Under the pieces are notes generated by a model that searched no databases, was not told the DNA's origin, and worked only from the letters and a program-made list of their open reading frames with translations. Positions 1 to 10,388 of a stretch of 64,000 bases of DNA are shown piece by piece. The stretch lies in NCBI GenBank assembly GCA_963830915.1, contig CAWHOE010000053.1, positions 1 to 64,000 on the forward strand, given 5' to 3'. Source of the stretch: a candidate division FCPU426 bacterium. GTDB taxonomy: Bacteria > Oederibacteriota > Muellerivitia > Muellerivitales > Muellerivitaceae. Both the position numbers and the translations under genes were made by a program. How positions within the stretch are numbered: position 1 is the stretch's first letter; each line of letters starts with the position of its first letter.

Positions 1-1737
1 CTTGGGTTTTGGGTGGGTGGATAGCGGCCCTGGTCCCGGGTCTCAAAATAATTTTTCTGAAAATATGGCTGTTTTTCAATGTATTCTAGTACATTCGAAT
101 ATGCTGAGTCCGAATATCCTAATTATAATTATTGAATGTATTTATAAATACCTTAAAATATGCATATTAGGCTAAAAATTTCATAGTTCGATTTTTGACT
201 TTTCGACATCAATTTCGATCAATTGGACCACGGTGAGTCAGAATATGAAAATTAAAATTTTTTAAAAAATTTCTAAAATATGCAAATTTTTAAATTTTTT
301 CAAATTTAAATATTTTGATAATTTTATTTGATATTTAGGTAGAGTTGAATGTGCTGATTCCAAATATATAATTTTTATAATTTTGAATTTTGTGTAAATA
401 ATTTCTAAAATTAAAATAAAAGTGGCTTCACCCAAAAATGTATGGAAAAATAAAGTATTTAGCGTTTTATAATATGAAGACAATTTTTGCGAATTTTCTC
501 ACTATGGAGAAAAATGTGTAGCTTTTCAAGCCGCACAAAACCCATATTTTTGCAAAATTTTCCCATTTATGGTTCTTATGTTATGAGGTTGAAGACACTT
601 GGAAAATAGTTTCTTTTGACTTTTTGACCCTGAAGACAGTGTTGCAGAGCTGATGGTTGCTGGACTAAGATGTGAGGCTCATCGAGTAGTACAAAATTGT
701 CTTTTACCTCAACATGCTATCATGTACCATACCCTATGTAACTAGGTGAAGACAGTTTCAAATGTATGTGAAATAGGCAAAAATGTATATAAATATGCTT
801 TATTTTGACTTTATGACCCTGAAGACAGTGTTTTAGAGTTGAGAGTTGTTAAACACAATTGTGCAGCTCATCAAGTAGTACAAAATCGTCTCTTACTTCA
901 ACATTCTATCATGTACCATACCCTATGTAACTAGGTGAAGACAGTTTCAAATCTACGGAAAATGGTCAAAAAAGCCATTAAAATAGCATTTTTCACAGGT
1001 TTTGACCTAAAAGACAATGAAATTCGTTTTAGCAACCATTGAGTAAAATATGCGTCTTTTCCACCTGAACAAAATAGCTGGCAATCATATTAATAAGAAA
1101 TGTAGATTAACCAGCGTAAAACAAACCGAAACTGTAAAAATCGATAAAAATGTATGGGAATTGGCCCAACCATCGAGTCAAGCCTGAGAATGCAAAATGG
1201 GAATAAGGTGTAATGGCCGCTCCATCAAGTAAAACTTACTAGTATGAAAGGGAAAAGTGATGTTCCACCCCCTACCCCTACCCCCTACCCCTTAACTCCC
1301 TCCTTCCCTCTACCCTCCGACCCCCTCCCCCTACCCCCTACCCCCCTCCTACCCCCCTACCCCCTACCCCCTCCAACCCCCTACCACCCCCTTTTACCCG
1401 CATACCCCCTCCCCCCTATTCCCTACCCCCTCCCCCCTACACCCCCACCCCCCCAACCCCCTCCAACCCCCTCCTACCCCCCTCCTACCCCCACCTACCC
1501 CCTATCCCCCTACCTCCCTCCTACCCCCTACCCCTACCCCCAACCCCTTACCTCCCTCCTTCCCCTACCCTCCGACCCCCTCCCCCTCCCCTCCCCCATC
1601 CTACCCCCCTACCCCCTACCCCCTCCAACCCCCTACCACCCCCCTTTACCCCCATACCCCCTATCCCCCTACCCCCTCTACCCCTACACCCCCTACCCCC
1701 CCCCCCAACCCCATCCTACCCCTCTACCCCCCTCCTA
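1..1737. other. Non-bacterial-looking (probably eukaryotic) repetitive segment joined to the bacterial sequence
   Basis: Very AT-rich over 1-1250, no credible ORF, tandem repeat and low-complexity tract, then an abrupt switch to GC-rich coding DNA inside ilvD. Confidence 0.8.
614..1020. repeat. 189-bp tandem (satellite-like) repeat, 2 copies plus the start of a third
   Basis: TGACC(C/T)...AAGACA recurs at 625, 814 and 1003. An identical 47-bp block (CTATCATGTACC...CAGTTTCAAAT) lies at 717-763 and 906-952. Confidence 0.9.
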
Positions 1738-1742
1738 CCCCC
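1262..1742. repeat. C-rich low-complexity repeat (CCCCTA-like units) with internal duplication
   Basis: Runs of CCCCCTA/CCCCTAC; the block near 1310-1400 recurs near 1565-1655. Confidence 0.9.
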
Positions 1743-2292
1743 GTACTTCCATCGCCTTCAATTGGGCCTCGGTCATCTGCCCCGCCTGGACCTTTCCTAC
1801 GCCCTCGAATAAGTGGATCAGGTCCAGTTTGGCGCCGTCTGCGCCGGTGCCAGCCGCCATGGGGCCGCCGGTCAGGAACAGAGTGGGGATATTGATACGG
1901 AGGGAGGCCATGATCATGCCGGGGGTGATCTTGTCGCAGTTGGAAAGACAGACCAAGCCGTCGAAGCAGTGGGCCTTGGCCATGGTCTCGACGGAGTCGG
2001 CGATGAGTTCCCGACTGGCGAGGGAATAACGCATCCCCAGGTGGCCCATGGCGATACCGTCATCCACCGCGATGGTGTTGAACTCGAAGGGGACGCCGCC
2101 CGCCTCGCGGATGGCTTTCTTGACCTTCTCAGCCAGACTATTCAGTTTGATATGGCCCGGAACGATGTCCGTGTAGGAATTGCAAACGCCGATGAAGGGT
2201 TTCTTCATGTCCTCATCCGTGACGCCCGTGGCTTTCAACAGCCCCCGGTGCCCCGCTTTATCCAGACCCTTCTTGACCGTATCGGAAATCAT
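1735..2292 (-). pseudogene. ilvD: Dihydroxy-acid dehydratase, N-terminal third only (truncated at the junction)
   Basis: Motifs [38 protein letters not shown] and CDK.TPG; RBS AAGGAGG before ATG 2292. The frame runs into the C-rich tract just before the expected CPxxGSC motif. Confidence 0.9.
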
Positions 2293-2412
2293 GTTCAAAT
2301 CCTCCTTGGATTGGCCCACAACGGCGGGGCCTGAAGCACAACACTATATAACTAGTGAATGAAGTGGGAAACTTTTTAATTCTGGTTTTAAAAACCGCTA
2401 AAAGATTTATTT

Positions 2413-2509
2413 ACCACAGAGTTAACGGAGTCACACAGAGTTAAATAAAACATAGAATTCTTTGATAAATCTCAATCTTCACTCTGTGTGACTCTGTGAA
2501 CTCTGTGGT
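2413..2509. repeat. Intergenic long inverted repeat (REP/MITE-like, ACCACAGAG...CTCTGTGGT)
   Basis: 29-bp arms at 2413-2441 and 2481-2509 match at 27/29 positions around an AT-rich spacer. Confidence 0.85.
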
Positions 2510-2531
2510 GGAAGAGTTTTATCAGGATCTT

Positions 2532-3362
2532 TTAAAGACTTTTGTTTGTATTTTTTAGGAAAGGGATCAGGGCTTTGAGGAAGCCCTCGGAGTTGTCCCG
2601 GAATACCGCGTGGCCGGCCTTTTCCACCACCGCCACCCGACCATCCAGTGCCTTTTTTATCCTCTCGAAGTCCTCTGGCGGGACATAAGCGCTGTCCCCT
2701 CCTTTGATAAAGAAGGCGGGGCATTTGACCTGGGAAAGAAGCTCGAAAATATCCTTTGCCCGGCCCAGCTTTTGGGTCTTGATGATGGCGGTCGTTGAGA
2801 AGTTCCAATCCCACCGGCCATCGGCGCCAGGCGAGAATTGACCCTTGAAGTAATCGAATTTTCGGACATCCCCCTCGGATATCTTCTTGATGTATTTCTC
2901 CAGGGCTTCCTCATTGGCGAAAGGAGCGGGGTATTTGGCGAAGCGTTCCTGATATTTCTTCCAGCCCTCCGGGTCCGCGGTGAGGGTTTGGTCGATGATG
3001 ACGAGGGATAGGATGTCCTTGGGGAATAGAACGGCGAAGAACAAGGCGTTGCGGCCCCCGGTGGAATGGCCGATCACATGGATGCCCGAATGGCCCAGAG
3101 CCCTGACGCAAGCGTCGATATCACGGGCGTGGTCCTCGGGAAAATAACCATCCTCGGGCTTGTCGCTCTGGCCGTGGCCTTTCATGTCGAAGGTGAATAT
3201 ATGGAAGCCCATCTTCGCCAGGATATCGGGGACGCCTCCCCAGTCCTGGCTCTTGGCGGTCAAACCGTGGAGTAGATAAAGGATGGGGCCGGAGGAACCG
3301 AACTCGTTGAAGAAGAAACGCCCGCGATCCGTTTGTAGGAATGGCAATCCATAACCTCCCAA
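2532..3362 (-). CDS. Alpha/beta-fold hydrolase
   Basis: LLHG oxyanion motif, D.KGHG.S, nucleophile GHSTGG, C-terminal AGH. Confidence 0.9.
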   Translation of the reverse strand: MGGYGLPFLQTDRGRFFFNEFGSSGPILYLLHGLTAKSQDWGGVPDILAKMGFHIFTFDMKGHGQSDKPEDGYFPEDHARDIDACVRALGHSGIHVIGHSTGGRNALFFAVLFPKDILSLVIIDQTLTADPEGWKKYQERFAKYPAPFANEEALEKYIKKISEGDVRKFDYFKGQFSPGADGRWDWNFSTTAIIKTQKLGRAKDIFELLSQVKCPAFFIKGGDSAYVPPEDFERIKKALDGRVAVVEKAGHAVFRDNSEGFLKALIPFLKNTNKSL

Positions 3363-3432
3363 GCATTCTTAACGATCACAGACCTAATCATACTACCGAC
3401 CTTTTTATTTTTCCTCCCTGCCCTTACAATGC

Positions 3433-4683
3433 GTGGCCATGGACAACAAACGGATAAACAAAAAAACAAAACATGACCCTTACGCGGCGTTCCGTTTTTC
3501 CAACTACCGCTATTACACCCTGGGAAATTTCCTCTCGGTGCTTGGGCAACAAATGCTCAGAGTGGCGGTCAACCTTGAGGTTTATCGCCAAACCCATTCC
3601 CTCATGGCCTCGGGGCTCATCGGTCTGTTCATCTGGATACCCATCTTCCTGTTCATGCTCCCGGGCGGGATGGTCGCGGACCGTTTCAACCGCAAGGTTT
3701 TGGTTTTGGCTTGCAACCTATTGTTCGCGCTTTGCGCCTTCGGCCTGTCCATGGCGGTCCATTTTTCCCAACCCGTGACCATCCTCTTCGCCTTCCTGTT
3801 CCTGGTCGGGGTCGCCCGCGCCTTCAGTGATCCCCCCAAGAACGCCTTGTTGCCCGAACTGGTACCCATGGAACATTTTTCCAACGCCATCACCTGGAAC
3901 AGCAATATTTTCCAGTTCGCCTCGGTCGCCGGGCCAGCCTTGGGCGGCTTCCTTTATTCATGGATGGGTTTCTCGACGGTCTGCTGGATCGATGTTTTGA
4001 TCGAGGTAGTGTTCTTTATTTTGATCCTGACCGTTAAACAATCGCCCACCAGTTATAAGCGGGAGCCCATCAGTTTGAATTCCCTTCTCCAGGGCTTGCG
4101 GTTCGTCCGGGATACCAAGCTCATCCTGGCCACCATCACGATGGATCTTTTCGCGGTGATCCTGGGAGGCGCAACGGCGCTCTTCCCCGCCTTTGACGAT
4201 AAGGTCCTTCATTGCGGGCCAACCGGGGTGGGGTTCCTGCAAACCGCTATAGCGGCTGGCGCTTTCATCACGTCGTTCCTAGTAGCCCATATCCCCATGA
4301 AAAGGGCCGGTGTTTCCCTGCTTTGGGCCGTGGCGGGTTTCGGGATCGTGACCCTTTTATTCGGCCTGTCCCATTGGTACTGGTTCTCGCTCTTGATGAT
4401 GTTCCTGGCCGGGGCCTTCGACAATATCAGCGTCATCGTGAGGCACACTTTGGTGCAGACCTTGACCCCCAATTCCATGAGGGGCCGCATTACCTCGGTC
4501 AGTTATATCTTCATCCATTCTTCCAATGAGCTGGGCGGGTTCGAGTCGGGGGCGGTGGCGGCCTGGCTGGGGCTGGTGCCTTCGGTCGTGGTGGGGGGCG
4601 TAGGCAGTATCCTGGTGGTCCTGGCGGTCATGGTCATCTGGCCCCAGGTCGCCAAGTTGAAGAGCCTTCAAAAGCCCATCTAA
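3433..4683 (+). CDS. MFS transporter (H+ antiporter/EntS-like family)
   Basis: About 12 hydrophobic segments, motif A GMVADRFNRK, and TP..MRGR in the second half. Confidence 0.9.
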   Translation: MAMDNKRINKKTKHDPYAAFRFSNYRYYTLGNFLSVLGQQMLRVAVNLEVYRQTHSLMASGLIGLFIWIPIFLFMLPGGMVADRFNRKVLVLACNLLFALCAFGLSMAVHFSQPVTILFAFLFLVGVARAFSDPPKNALLPELVPMEHFSNAITWNSNIFQFASVAGPALGGFLYSWMGFSTVCWIDVLIEVVFFILILTVKQSPTSYKREPISLNSLLQGLRFVRDTKLILATITMDLFAVILGGATALFPAFDDKVLHCGPTGVGFLQTAIAAGAFITSFLVAHIPMKRAGVSLLWAVAGFGIVTLLFGLSHWYWFSLLMMFLAGAFDNISVIVRHTLVQTLTPNSMRGRITSVSYIFIHSSNELGGFESGAVAAWLGLVPSVVVGGVGSILVVLAVMVIWPQVAKLKSLQKPI

Positions 4684-4917
4684 CTGCCAAAACCTAATTT
4701 TCAGCCATAGATTCATGGGATATATGGGATAAGAAAGATTCTATTTTTATGCTTTGCCTAATCACATGAATCCCATGCATGCCGACCTTCCATAAGGCAT
4801 TCAGGGAGGTCGGTATAGTACCGGTTTCAATATTATTTTTTAAACTGATAATCGGCAAATCTGTGGCAAATTGCCTTTTTATTTTTTTTAACAATCAATT
4901 TCCAATTAGTGGCTGAT

Positions 4918-6036
4918 TCATATTTTGTTCGCTTTTGGGTTCGCTAGATCGGTAAAGAACCTGGCTTTCAACATACCTTCCGCCCATTCGCCCTCGGGCG
5001 TGGAATCCCAAACGATACCTCCGCCGATGCCCAGTTCCCCCCGGCCTTTCTCAAGCAGGAAAGTCCTTATGGGAATGTTGAAGAACATGTCCTTATTCGG
5101 CCGGATGTACCCAATGGCGCCCGTATAGATCTTTCGGTCCTCTTTTTCGATGTCCCGGATGATCTCCATGGCCCTGATCTTGGGCGCGCCTGTCACCGAA
5201 CCGGATGGGAATATGGCTTTGAACAGGTCGTACACCATGATGTTCTGGTCGATCCGGCCTGTCACCGTCGAGGTCATCTGGAAGAGGGTCTTATAAGGGG
5301 TTACCTCATATATCTTGGGCGTTCGGATATCTTTCCCCAGTTTTCCCAGGTCGTTCCTGAGCAGGTCCACGATCATGATGTTCTCCGCCCGGTTCTTCTC
5401 GTCCTTCCCGAATATCCGCCTGTTCATAAGATCGGACCATAAACCCTTTCCCCTGGGCCAGGTCCCCTTCATGGGTTTGGTGGTGATATGGCTTCCCTTC
5501 TTTTTCAGGAACATTTCGGGGGAAAGGGAGAGGATGGTTCGTTCGTCCGTCTCTATATAAGAGGCGTAGGGGACCGGTTGTTCGCGCAAAAGGGTCCGAT
5601 ATAGCTGAATGGGGTCGCCCCGGAAGCCGAAGCGCGTCTTGAGGCAATAGGTGATCTGGTAGACATCCCCCGCGGCGATGTAATCCCTGATACGGTTGAT
5701 ATTGGCGTCATATTCTTCCCGGGTCATGTTGATGCTTAGATCGGTGATATTAAGTGGGTCGGGGGAAGCTGGGGAGAGATCGAAGTTCTTGGCCGGTTGC
5801 TCATAACAGCCAAAATGGACCAGTGGAAAACCGCTGGCTTTCTTGAAGTCGAATTTAGGCTCGAAGGCATAACCCGCTTCGTAGGAAAGGAATCCCGCGA
5901 CGGTCAGTCCCCGGTCGAGGGCCCTTTCCACCTCGTTGAAAGCGAATTTGAGTTTTTGAGGTTCATGGCAGGTAATGATTCGGGCGGGATGGTCGAACGC
6001 CAGACGTGACTTTTCGAACTGAAATTGAATTCTCAA
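4918..6036 (-). CDS. pabB: Chorismate-binding enzyme, aminodeoxychorismate synthase component I-like
   Basis: GDVYQI, SLSPEMF, TKPMKGT, KNRAEN.MIVDLLRNDLG, FPSGSVTGAPKIRAM, GGGIVWDS. Confidence 0.8.
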   Translation of the reverse strand: MRIQFQFEKSRLAFDHPARIITCHEPQKLKFAFNEVERALDRGLTVAGFLSYEAGYAFEPKFDFKKASGFPLVHFGCYEQPAKNFDLSPASPDPLNITDLSINMTREEYDANINRIRDYIAAGDVYQITYCLKTRFGFRGDPIQLYRTLLREQPVPYASYIETDERTILSLSPEMFLKKKGSHITTKPMKGTWPRGKGLWSDLMNRRIFGKDEKNRAENIMIVDLLRNDLGKLGKDIRTPKIYEVTPYKTLFQMTSTVTGRIDQNIMVYDLFKAIFPSGSVTGAPKIRAMEIIRDIEKEDRKIYTGAIGYIRPNKDMFFNIPIRTFLLEKGRGELGIGGGIVWDSTPEGEWAEGMLKARFFTDLANPKANKI

Positions 6037-6108
6037 CCCGCCTCCCCATTGCGGTCATGTCTAACCATGTTTCTACACTAAAAAATCGCCAACCGACCTC
6101 GGACTCTT

Positions 6109-6372
6109 TCAGGAAAGCGAAGGATTTTCCGAAGAAGGCTGATTCACGTCCGTCGGGCGTTCGACCTTCGGCGTGGTCACAGCCGGTTTCTTGGCATGGG
6201 ACTTTGAAGCCGGTTTTTTTGCAGCCTTTTTGGCTGGGGATGAAGCTTTGGAAGGACCCATCAATTTCTTGATCTCATTCAATAGTCTCTCGCCGTCCTT
6301 GCCGTGCTTTTTGATCTTGTTCACGAGCTTTTTCGCCTGTTTCAAAAGCTTCTTCTCTTTTTTATCCTTCAT
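6109..6372 (-). CDS. Small Lys-rich protein with PAKK-type repeats (possible histone H1-like nucleoid protein)
   Basis: RBS GGGAGG; segment PAKKAAKKPASKSHAKKPA. Confidence 0.55.
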   Translation of the reverse strand: MKDKKEKKLLKQAKKLVNKIKKHGKDGERLLNEIKKLMGPSKASSPAKKAAKKPASKSHAKKPAVTTPKVERPTDVNQPSSENPSLS

Positions 6373-6524
6373 GTCAAACCTCCCCGAATATTAAAACTAT
6401 TCCGCGCAAAGGTATTTAAAGTGTTGTGGAATGAACAAAAATTATACCCTTGTTTCGGTAAGGGCAATGTAAACAGTGGGGATTTACTTATTTATTTTTT
6501 ATGAACAAAACCCGGATTTCGCCC

Positions 6525-7898
6525 CTATTTTCCCAGCTCCCAGCGGAGGGCTGATTCCAGATCAGGATAGAGGAATTTGAACCCGGCCTTTTCCAATTTG
6601 GCCGGTTTGACCTGCTGGCCTTCCAGGAGAAGCGCTTCCCCCATCTCGCCCAGGAGCAATTTAACCATGAAGCCAGGCAAAGGAAAGAGGGTGGGCCAAC
6701 CCAACACCTTCCCTAAAGTCTTGATGAAGGATTTGTTGGTGACCGAACCGGGGGCGGTAGCGTTGACCGGGCCGGAGATATCCCCCGCGTGGATCAAATA
6801 ATGATAAAGACCCACCAGGTCCTCCATCGAAACCCAGCTCATCCATTGTTTTCCCGAGCCGATGGTACCTCCCACCCCTAAAAGGATAGGCGTGACCATC
6901 TTGGGCAAGGCTCCCCCGGCGGCGGATAACACGATACCGGTGCGAACATTCACCACCCTTATCCCAGCTTTCTTGGCCGGCTCGGCGGCCTTTTCCCAGG
7001 CCTGGCAGACGTCGGATAGGAATCCTTTTCCGGCGGGGCTTTCCTCCGTCAGGACCTCTTCCCCCCGATCGCCGTAAAAACCGATGGCGGAGGAAACGAT
7101 GAATACCTTGGGCGGATGCTTCAGCTTGGCCAGGGTTTCCGCCAGGAAAGCCGTTCCTGCCACCCGGCTATCGAGGATCTGGGCTTTCCGTGCGGCGGTC
7201 CATCGCCCGGCCCCGATATTCTCCCCGGCCAGATGGATGACGGCGTCCACGCTTTCCAGAGATGTCTTGTCCAACTCGCCGCGGATAGGGTCCCAGAATA
7301 TTTCCGAACTGCCAGGATGGGGGGCGTGACGCACCAGGGATATGACCTCATGGCCCGCGCAGGAAAGAAATGCCCTCAATTGGGAACCGACCATCCCCGA
7401 GGCCCCGGTCAGGACGATCTTCAAGGAACCATTCCTCGCGAAAGCCTGATACCGCATCAAATCGTTCTGGGTCCTGGTATGACGAAAAGTAAAAAGTCGT
7501 TCAAGAAGGCCCTTGATATATCCACCCGCGACCAGGTTCCCCAGGAATCCCAAAGGTGTGGCGTATTCGATATGATCGTCGATGAGGCTGGTGGTATCCG
7601 ACTCGGGAAGGAATTTATGGGTATGGACCCATTTGGCGAAAGGCCCCTGGACCTGCTCGTCGCAGAACTGCTTGCCTTCTATATAAGCGCTGTGGATGGC
7701 CACCCACTTGCGTCGAAAGGGGCCTTGCTGAAGTTCCATGACCATGCGGGCGCCGTCTTCCAGACCGCCCTGCTTCTCGAGGACCCTCACTTTTTGCCAG
7801 GAAGGGCTCAACCGCTCGAAGGTCCGGGAGCGATTATGCCAGTTGAATAGCGCTTTCACGGGCGCCGCGATCTGTGATCTTTTCTCGAATACCGGCAT
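6525..7898 (-). CDS. SRPBCC domain fused to a TIGR01777-family NAD-dependent epimerase/oxidoreductase
   Basis: N-terminal F.D.QVQGPF..W.H.H; then LTGASGMVG, HLAGENI, SSAIGFYG and WE motifs. Confidence 0.88.
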   Translation of the reverse strand: MPVFEKRSQIAAPVKALFNWHNRSRTFERLSPSWQKVRVLEKQGGLEDGARMVMELQQGPFRRKWVAIHSAYIEGKQFCDEQVQGPFAKWVHTHKFLPESDTTSLIDDHIEYATPLGFLGNLVAGGYIKGLLERLFTFRHTRTQNDLMRYQAFARNGSLKIVLTGASGMVGSQLRAFLSCAGHEVISLVRHAPHPGSSEIFWDPIRGELDKTSLESVDAVIHLAGENIGAGRWTAARKAQILDSRVAGTAFLAETLAKLKHPPKVFIVSSAIGFYGDRGEEVLTEESPAGKGFLSDVCQAWEKAAEPAKKAGIRVVNVRTGIVLSAAGGALPKMVTPILLGVGGTIGSGKQWMSWVSMEDLVGLYHYLIHAGDISGPVNATAPGSVTNKSFIKTLGKVLGWPTLFPLPGFMVKLLLGEMGEALLLEGQQVKPAKLEKAGFKFLYPDLESALRWELGK

Positions 7899-7964
7899 GG
7901 GGGTCCCGTCCTTATTTGTCGTCTGTGACCACTTTACCACTTTGCCTATTCATCGGCCTTAACT

Positions 7965-7996
7965 AAAAAACGCCCCTATGGGATTCCATAGAGGCG
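7965..7996 (-). terminator. Rho-independent terminator
   Basis: Hairpin CGCCCCTATGG/CCATAGAGGCG with a T6 tail on the minus strand, downstream of 8034..8570. Confidence 0.75.
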
Positions 7997-8033
7997 CTTA
8001 TATTTAGCCGACTTTGAACGACATTTTACTGGA

Positions 8034-8570
8034 TCAGTTCCCGGCGGTGGGAGTGGGTCCATTGGTTCCCTGGTCTTTTCCCAAGACGCCCTTTTGCCCC
8101 AACATCTTCTTCATCTGCTCGTGATGTTGTTCCACGATGACTTCCAGTTTCGCCTCTTGCTCCGGTGTCAGGACAGCTTGGAATTGGTCCGTCAATTTTT
8201 TACGGATTTCCTGCATGGATTCCCGGTCCGTCTTTATTTTATCGACCAGGGGTTTTAACTCCTCGTCCTTCGCCCCGGCTTTCGACTTCGCCCGGAAATC
8301 ATTCATATCGGTCAAGGTCTGTTGGCGCAAAGCGTTGATGGCGTCCTTTTGGGAATCCGCGATGGCTTGGATCTTCGCGACTTGCTCATCCGTCAAGCCC
8401 AGGGCATCCTTCATCTTCGCGAGTCGAGGACCCATGCCCTCCCCACCGGGGCCCCACGCCTGCCTTCCATTGGCCGCGGCCGTTGGGGCCTCATCGGCCC
8501 AAAGCTTACCTTGGGGTCCAAGCGCCAGGACCAACACGATCGCGCCGAACCATAACGTTTTATTCATCAC
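8034..8570 (-). CDS. Spy/CpxP-family periplasmic protein
   Basis: Signal peptide; two LTxEQ motifs (LGLTDEQ, VLTPEQ). Confidence 0.85.
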   Translation of the reverse strand: MMNKTLWFGAIVLVLALGPQGKLWADEAPTAAANGRQAWGPGGEGMGPRLAKMKDALGLTDEQVAKIQAIADSQKDAINALRQQTLTDMNDFRAKSKAGAKDEELKPLVDKIKTDRESMQEIRKKLTDQFQAVLTPEQEAKLEVIVEQHHEQMKKMLGQKGVLGKDQGTNGPTPTAGN

Positions 8571-8678
8571 ATGCCTCCTTGATAATTGGCCCGATCAGGA
8601 CCTTTGGATCCCTTAAACGTCGATCTTAGGTTAGGACGCTCAAGGGAACGAACAGTGTCAGTAAAAGGGTGAAAGGGA

Positions 8679-9178
8679 CTACTTGGCGATATATTTCCCG
8701 ATATGGACCTGATTAGCAAGGGCGCCATTGACATATTCCTGGGCCAGCTTGGCCTTGGGCGTGTCGGGCGGAGCGAGTTCCAGGTACTTTTTCCAGCTCT
8801 CGACCGCCTTGTCCTTGTAACCGCGGTTCAGGTAGATGCCCCCCAGGGAAAAATGCACGTCGATGTGGGTAGGGTCCAATTTGAAAACCCTCTCATACTC
8901 CACCGTGGCTTCTTCCCACCACATATTGGCGTAATAGGCGTTGCCCAGATGGAAATGGGCGGAAGGATGGTCCGCCGAAGCGACACGGCCTTGGTGCATT
9001 CCTTGATGGACTCGTCGTACTTGCCGGTCTTGAAAAGAAGGATGCCCAGGTTCAGCTGGGCGGGAAAATAGGAAGGGTCCTGGGTCAGGGCCTCACGGTA
9101 AAGCTCCGCGGCGCCCGTGAAATCCTGGTCCTTGTAGAGCTGAACCGCTTGTTTGTTGAGTTCCGCGGCTGTAGGCAT
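8679..9178 (-). CDS. TPR protein, split by a 1-bp frameshift near 8975
   Basis: TPR helices continue across two frames (…TKAVSLR / DHPSAHFHLGNAY…); RBS GAGG before ATG 9178. Confidence 0.8.
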
Positions 9179-9333
9179 GCATTCCTCATGGTTGGCTCTT
9201 GAGCCCGGGAGCCTTTCCCGGCTTGAAAAACAACGACCCACTAATTTTAAATCAATTTAGCGGGTCTGAAAAATTGTTTTTGGATAAAGTTAGCCGGCCG
9301 GGCTTGGCCGCCCCTGCCGGGACCGCGAAAAGG

Positions 9334-10209
9334 TCAGGGGATGACCTTATTCAAGGGATATTCCACGATACCCTCGGCGCCCTCGTCCTTCAGCTTGGGG
9401 ATCATGTCCCGGACGGTCTTTTCGCTGACCACCGTGTCCACGTCCACCCAATCCTTATTGGACAGCTCGGAGATGGTCGGGGAGTTGAGGGCCGGAAGCA
9501 CTTTCAACACCTTTTCCAGCTTGGCGCGGGGCACGTTCATCTTCAGCCCCACCTTCTCTTCCGCGGCCAGGGCCCCCTTGAGCATCAGGACCATGTTCTC
9601 GATCTTCTTTTTCTTCCAGGGGTCTCCCCAGGCGGCCTTGTTGACGATGACCACCGTATTGGACTCCATGATGGTCTCCAGGATCACCAGGTTGTTGGCC
9701 TTCAGGGACGAGCCTGTCTCGGTGACCTCGATGATGGCGTCCGCCAGCTCGGGCGGCTTGGCCTCGGTGGCGCCCCAGGAGAACTCCACAATGGCCTCCA
9801 CGCCGTTCTTCTTCAGGTATTCCTTGGAGACGTTCACCAGCTCAGTGGCGACCTTCTTGCCCTGCAGGTCCTTCACCGACTTGATGGGCGAGTTGGCCGG
9901 GGCGGCCAGGACCCATCGCACGGGTCTCAGGCCCTGCTTGGCGTAGATGAGCTCGGCGATCTCCACCACATCCGAACCGTTCTCCTTGACCCAGTCCCGT
10001 CCGGTCAATCCCACGTCCAGGGTGCCGTCCTCCACGTACCGGCCCATTTCCTGGGCGCGGATGAGCATGACCTTCATCTCCGAGTCGTCGATATTCGGGA
10101 AATAGGAGCGCGAGGTGGAGGATATCTTGTATCCCGCCTTCCCGAACAGGTGGAAGGTGGATTCCTGTAAGCTTCCTTTGGGCAGACCCAGCTTGAGCAA
10201 GTTGGCCAT
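9334..10209 (-). CDS. hisG: ATP phosphoribosyltransferase (long form)
   Basis: LPKGSL, GLTGRDW, SWGATE, D.I.E.TETG.SL..N.L, plus the C-terminal regulatory domain. Confidence 0.96.
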   Translation of the reverse strand: MANLLKLGLPKGSLQESTFHLFGKAGYKISSTSRSYFPNIDDSEMKVMLIRAQEMGRYVEDGTLDVGLTGRDWVKENGSDVVEIAELIYAKQGLRPVRWVLAAPANSPIKSVKDLQGKKVATELVNVSKEYLKKNGVEAIVEFSWGATEAKPPELADAIIEVTETGSSLKANNLVILETIMESNTVVIVNKAAWGDPWKKKKIENMVLMLKGALAAEEKVGLKMNVPRAKLEKVLKVLPALNSPTISELSNKDWVDVDTVVSEKTVRDMIPKLKDEGAEGIVEYPLNKVIP

Positions 10210-10388
10210 TGTCGATCTTTCCTTTGTGGTTTGGTATCAGGGACGGCCCAAGGGCCACGGTTGACTCCCCAAAAATCACCTCATTTAACAGCCTGCCCCT
10301 TGCTTTGGCAAGGTCCAATATACTTTCATGGCGTGAAACTCTTTTGGTAGACTAACCCCTCCTCAAAACAGGAAAGAAAGCCGGTACC

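Noticed and set aside
614..1020. Possible CRISPR array
   Set aside because: The period is 189 bp with similarity across the whole unit, there are no unique spacers, and no cas genes are present.
1244..2029. 261-aa Pro/Tyr-rich 'extensin-like' ORF
   Set aside because: It is a translation of the C-rich low-complexity tract running antisense into ilvD across the junction; not a credible gene.
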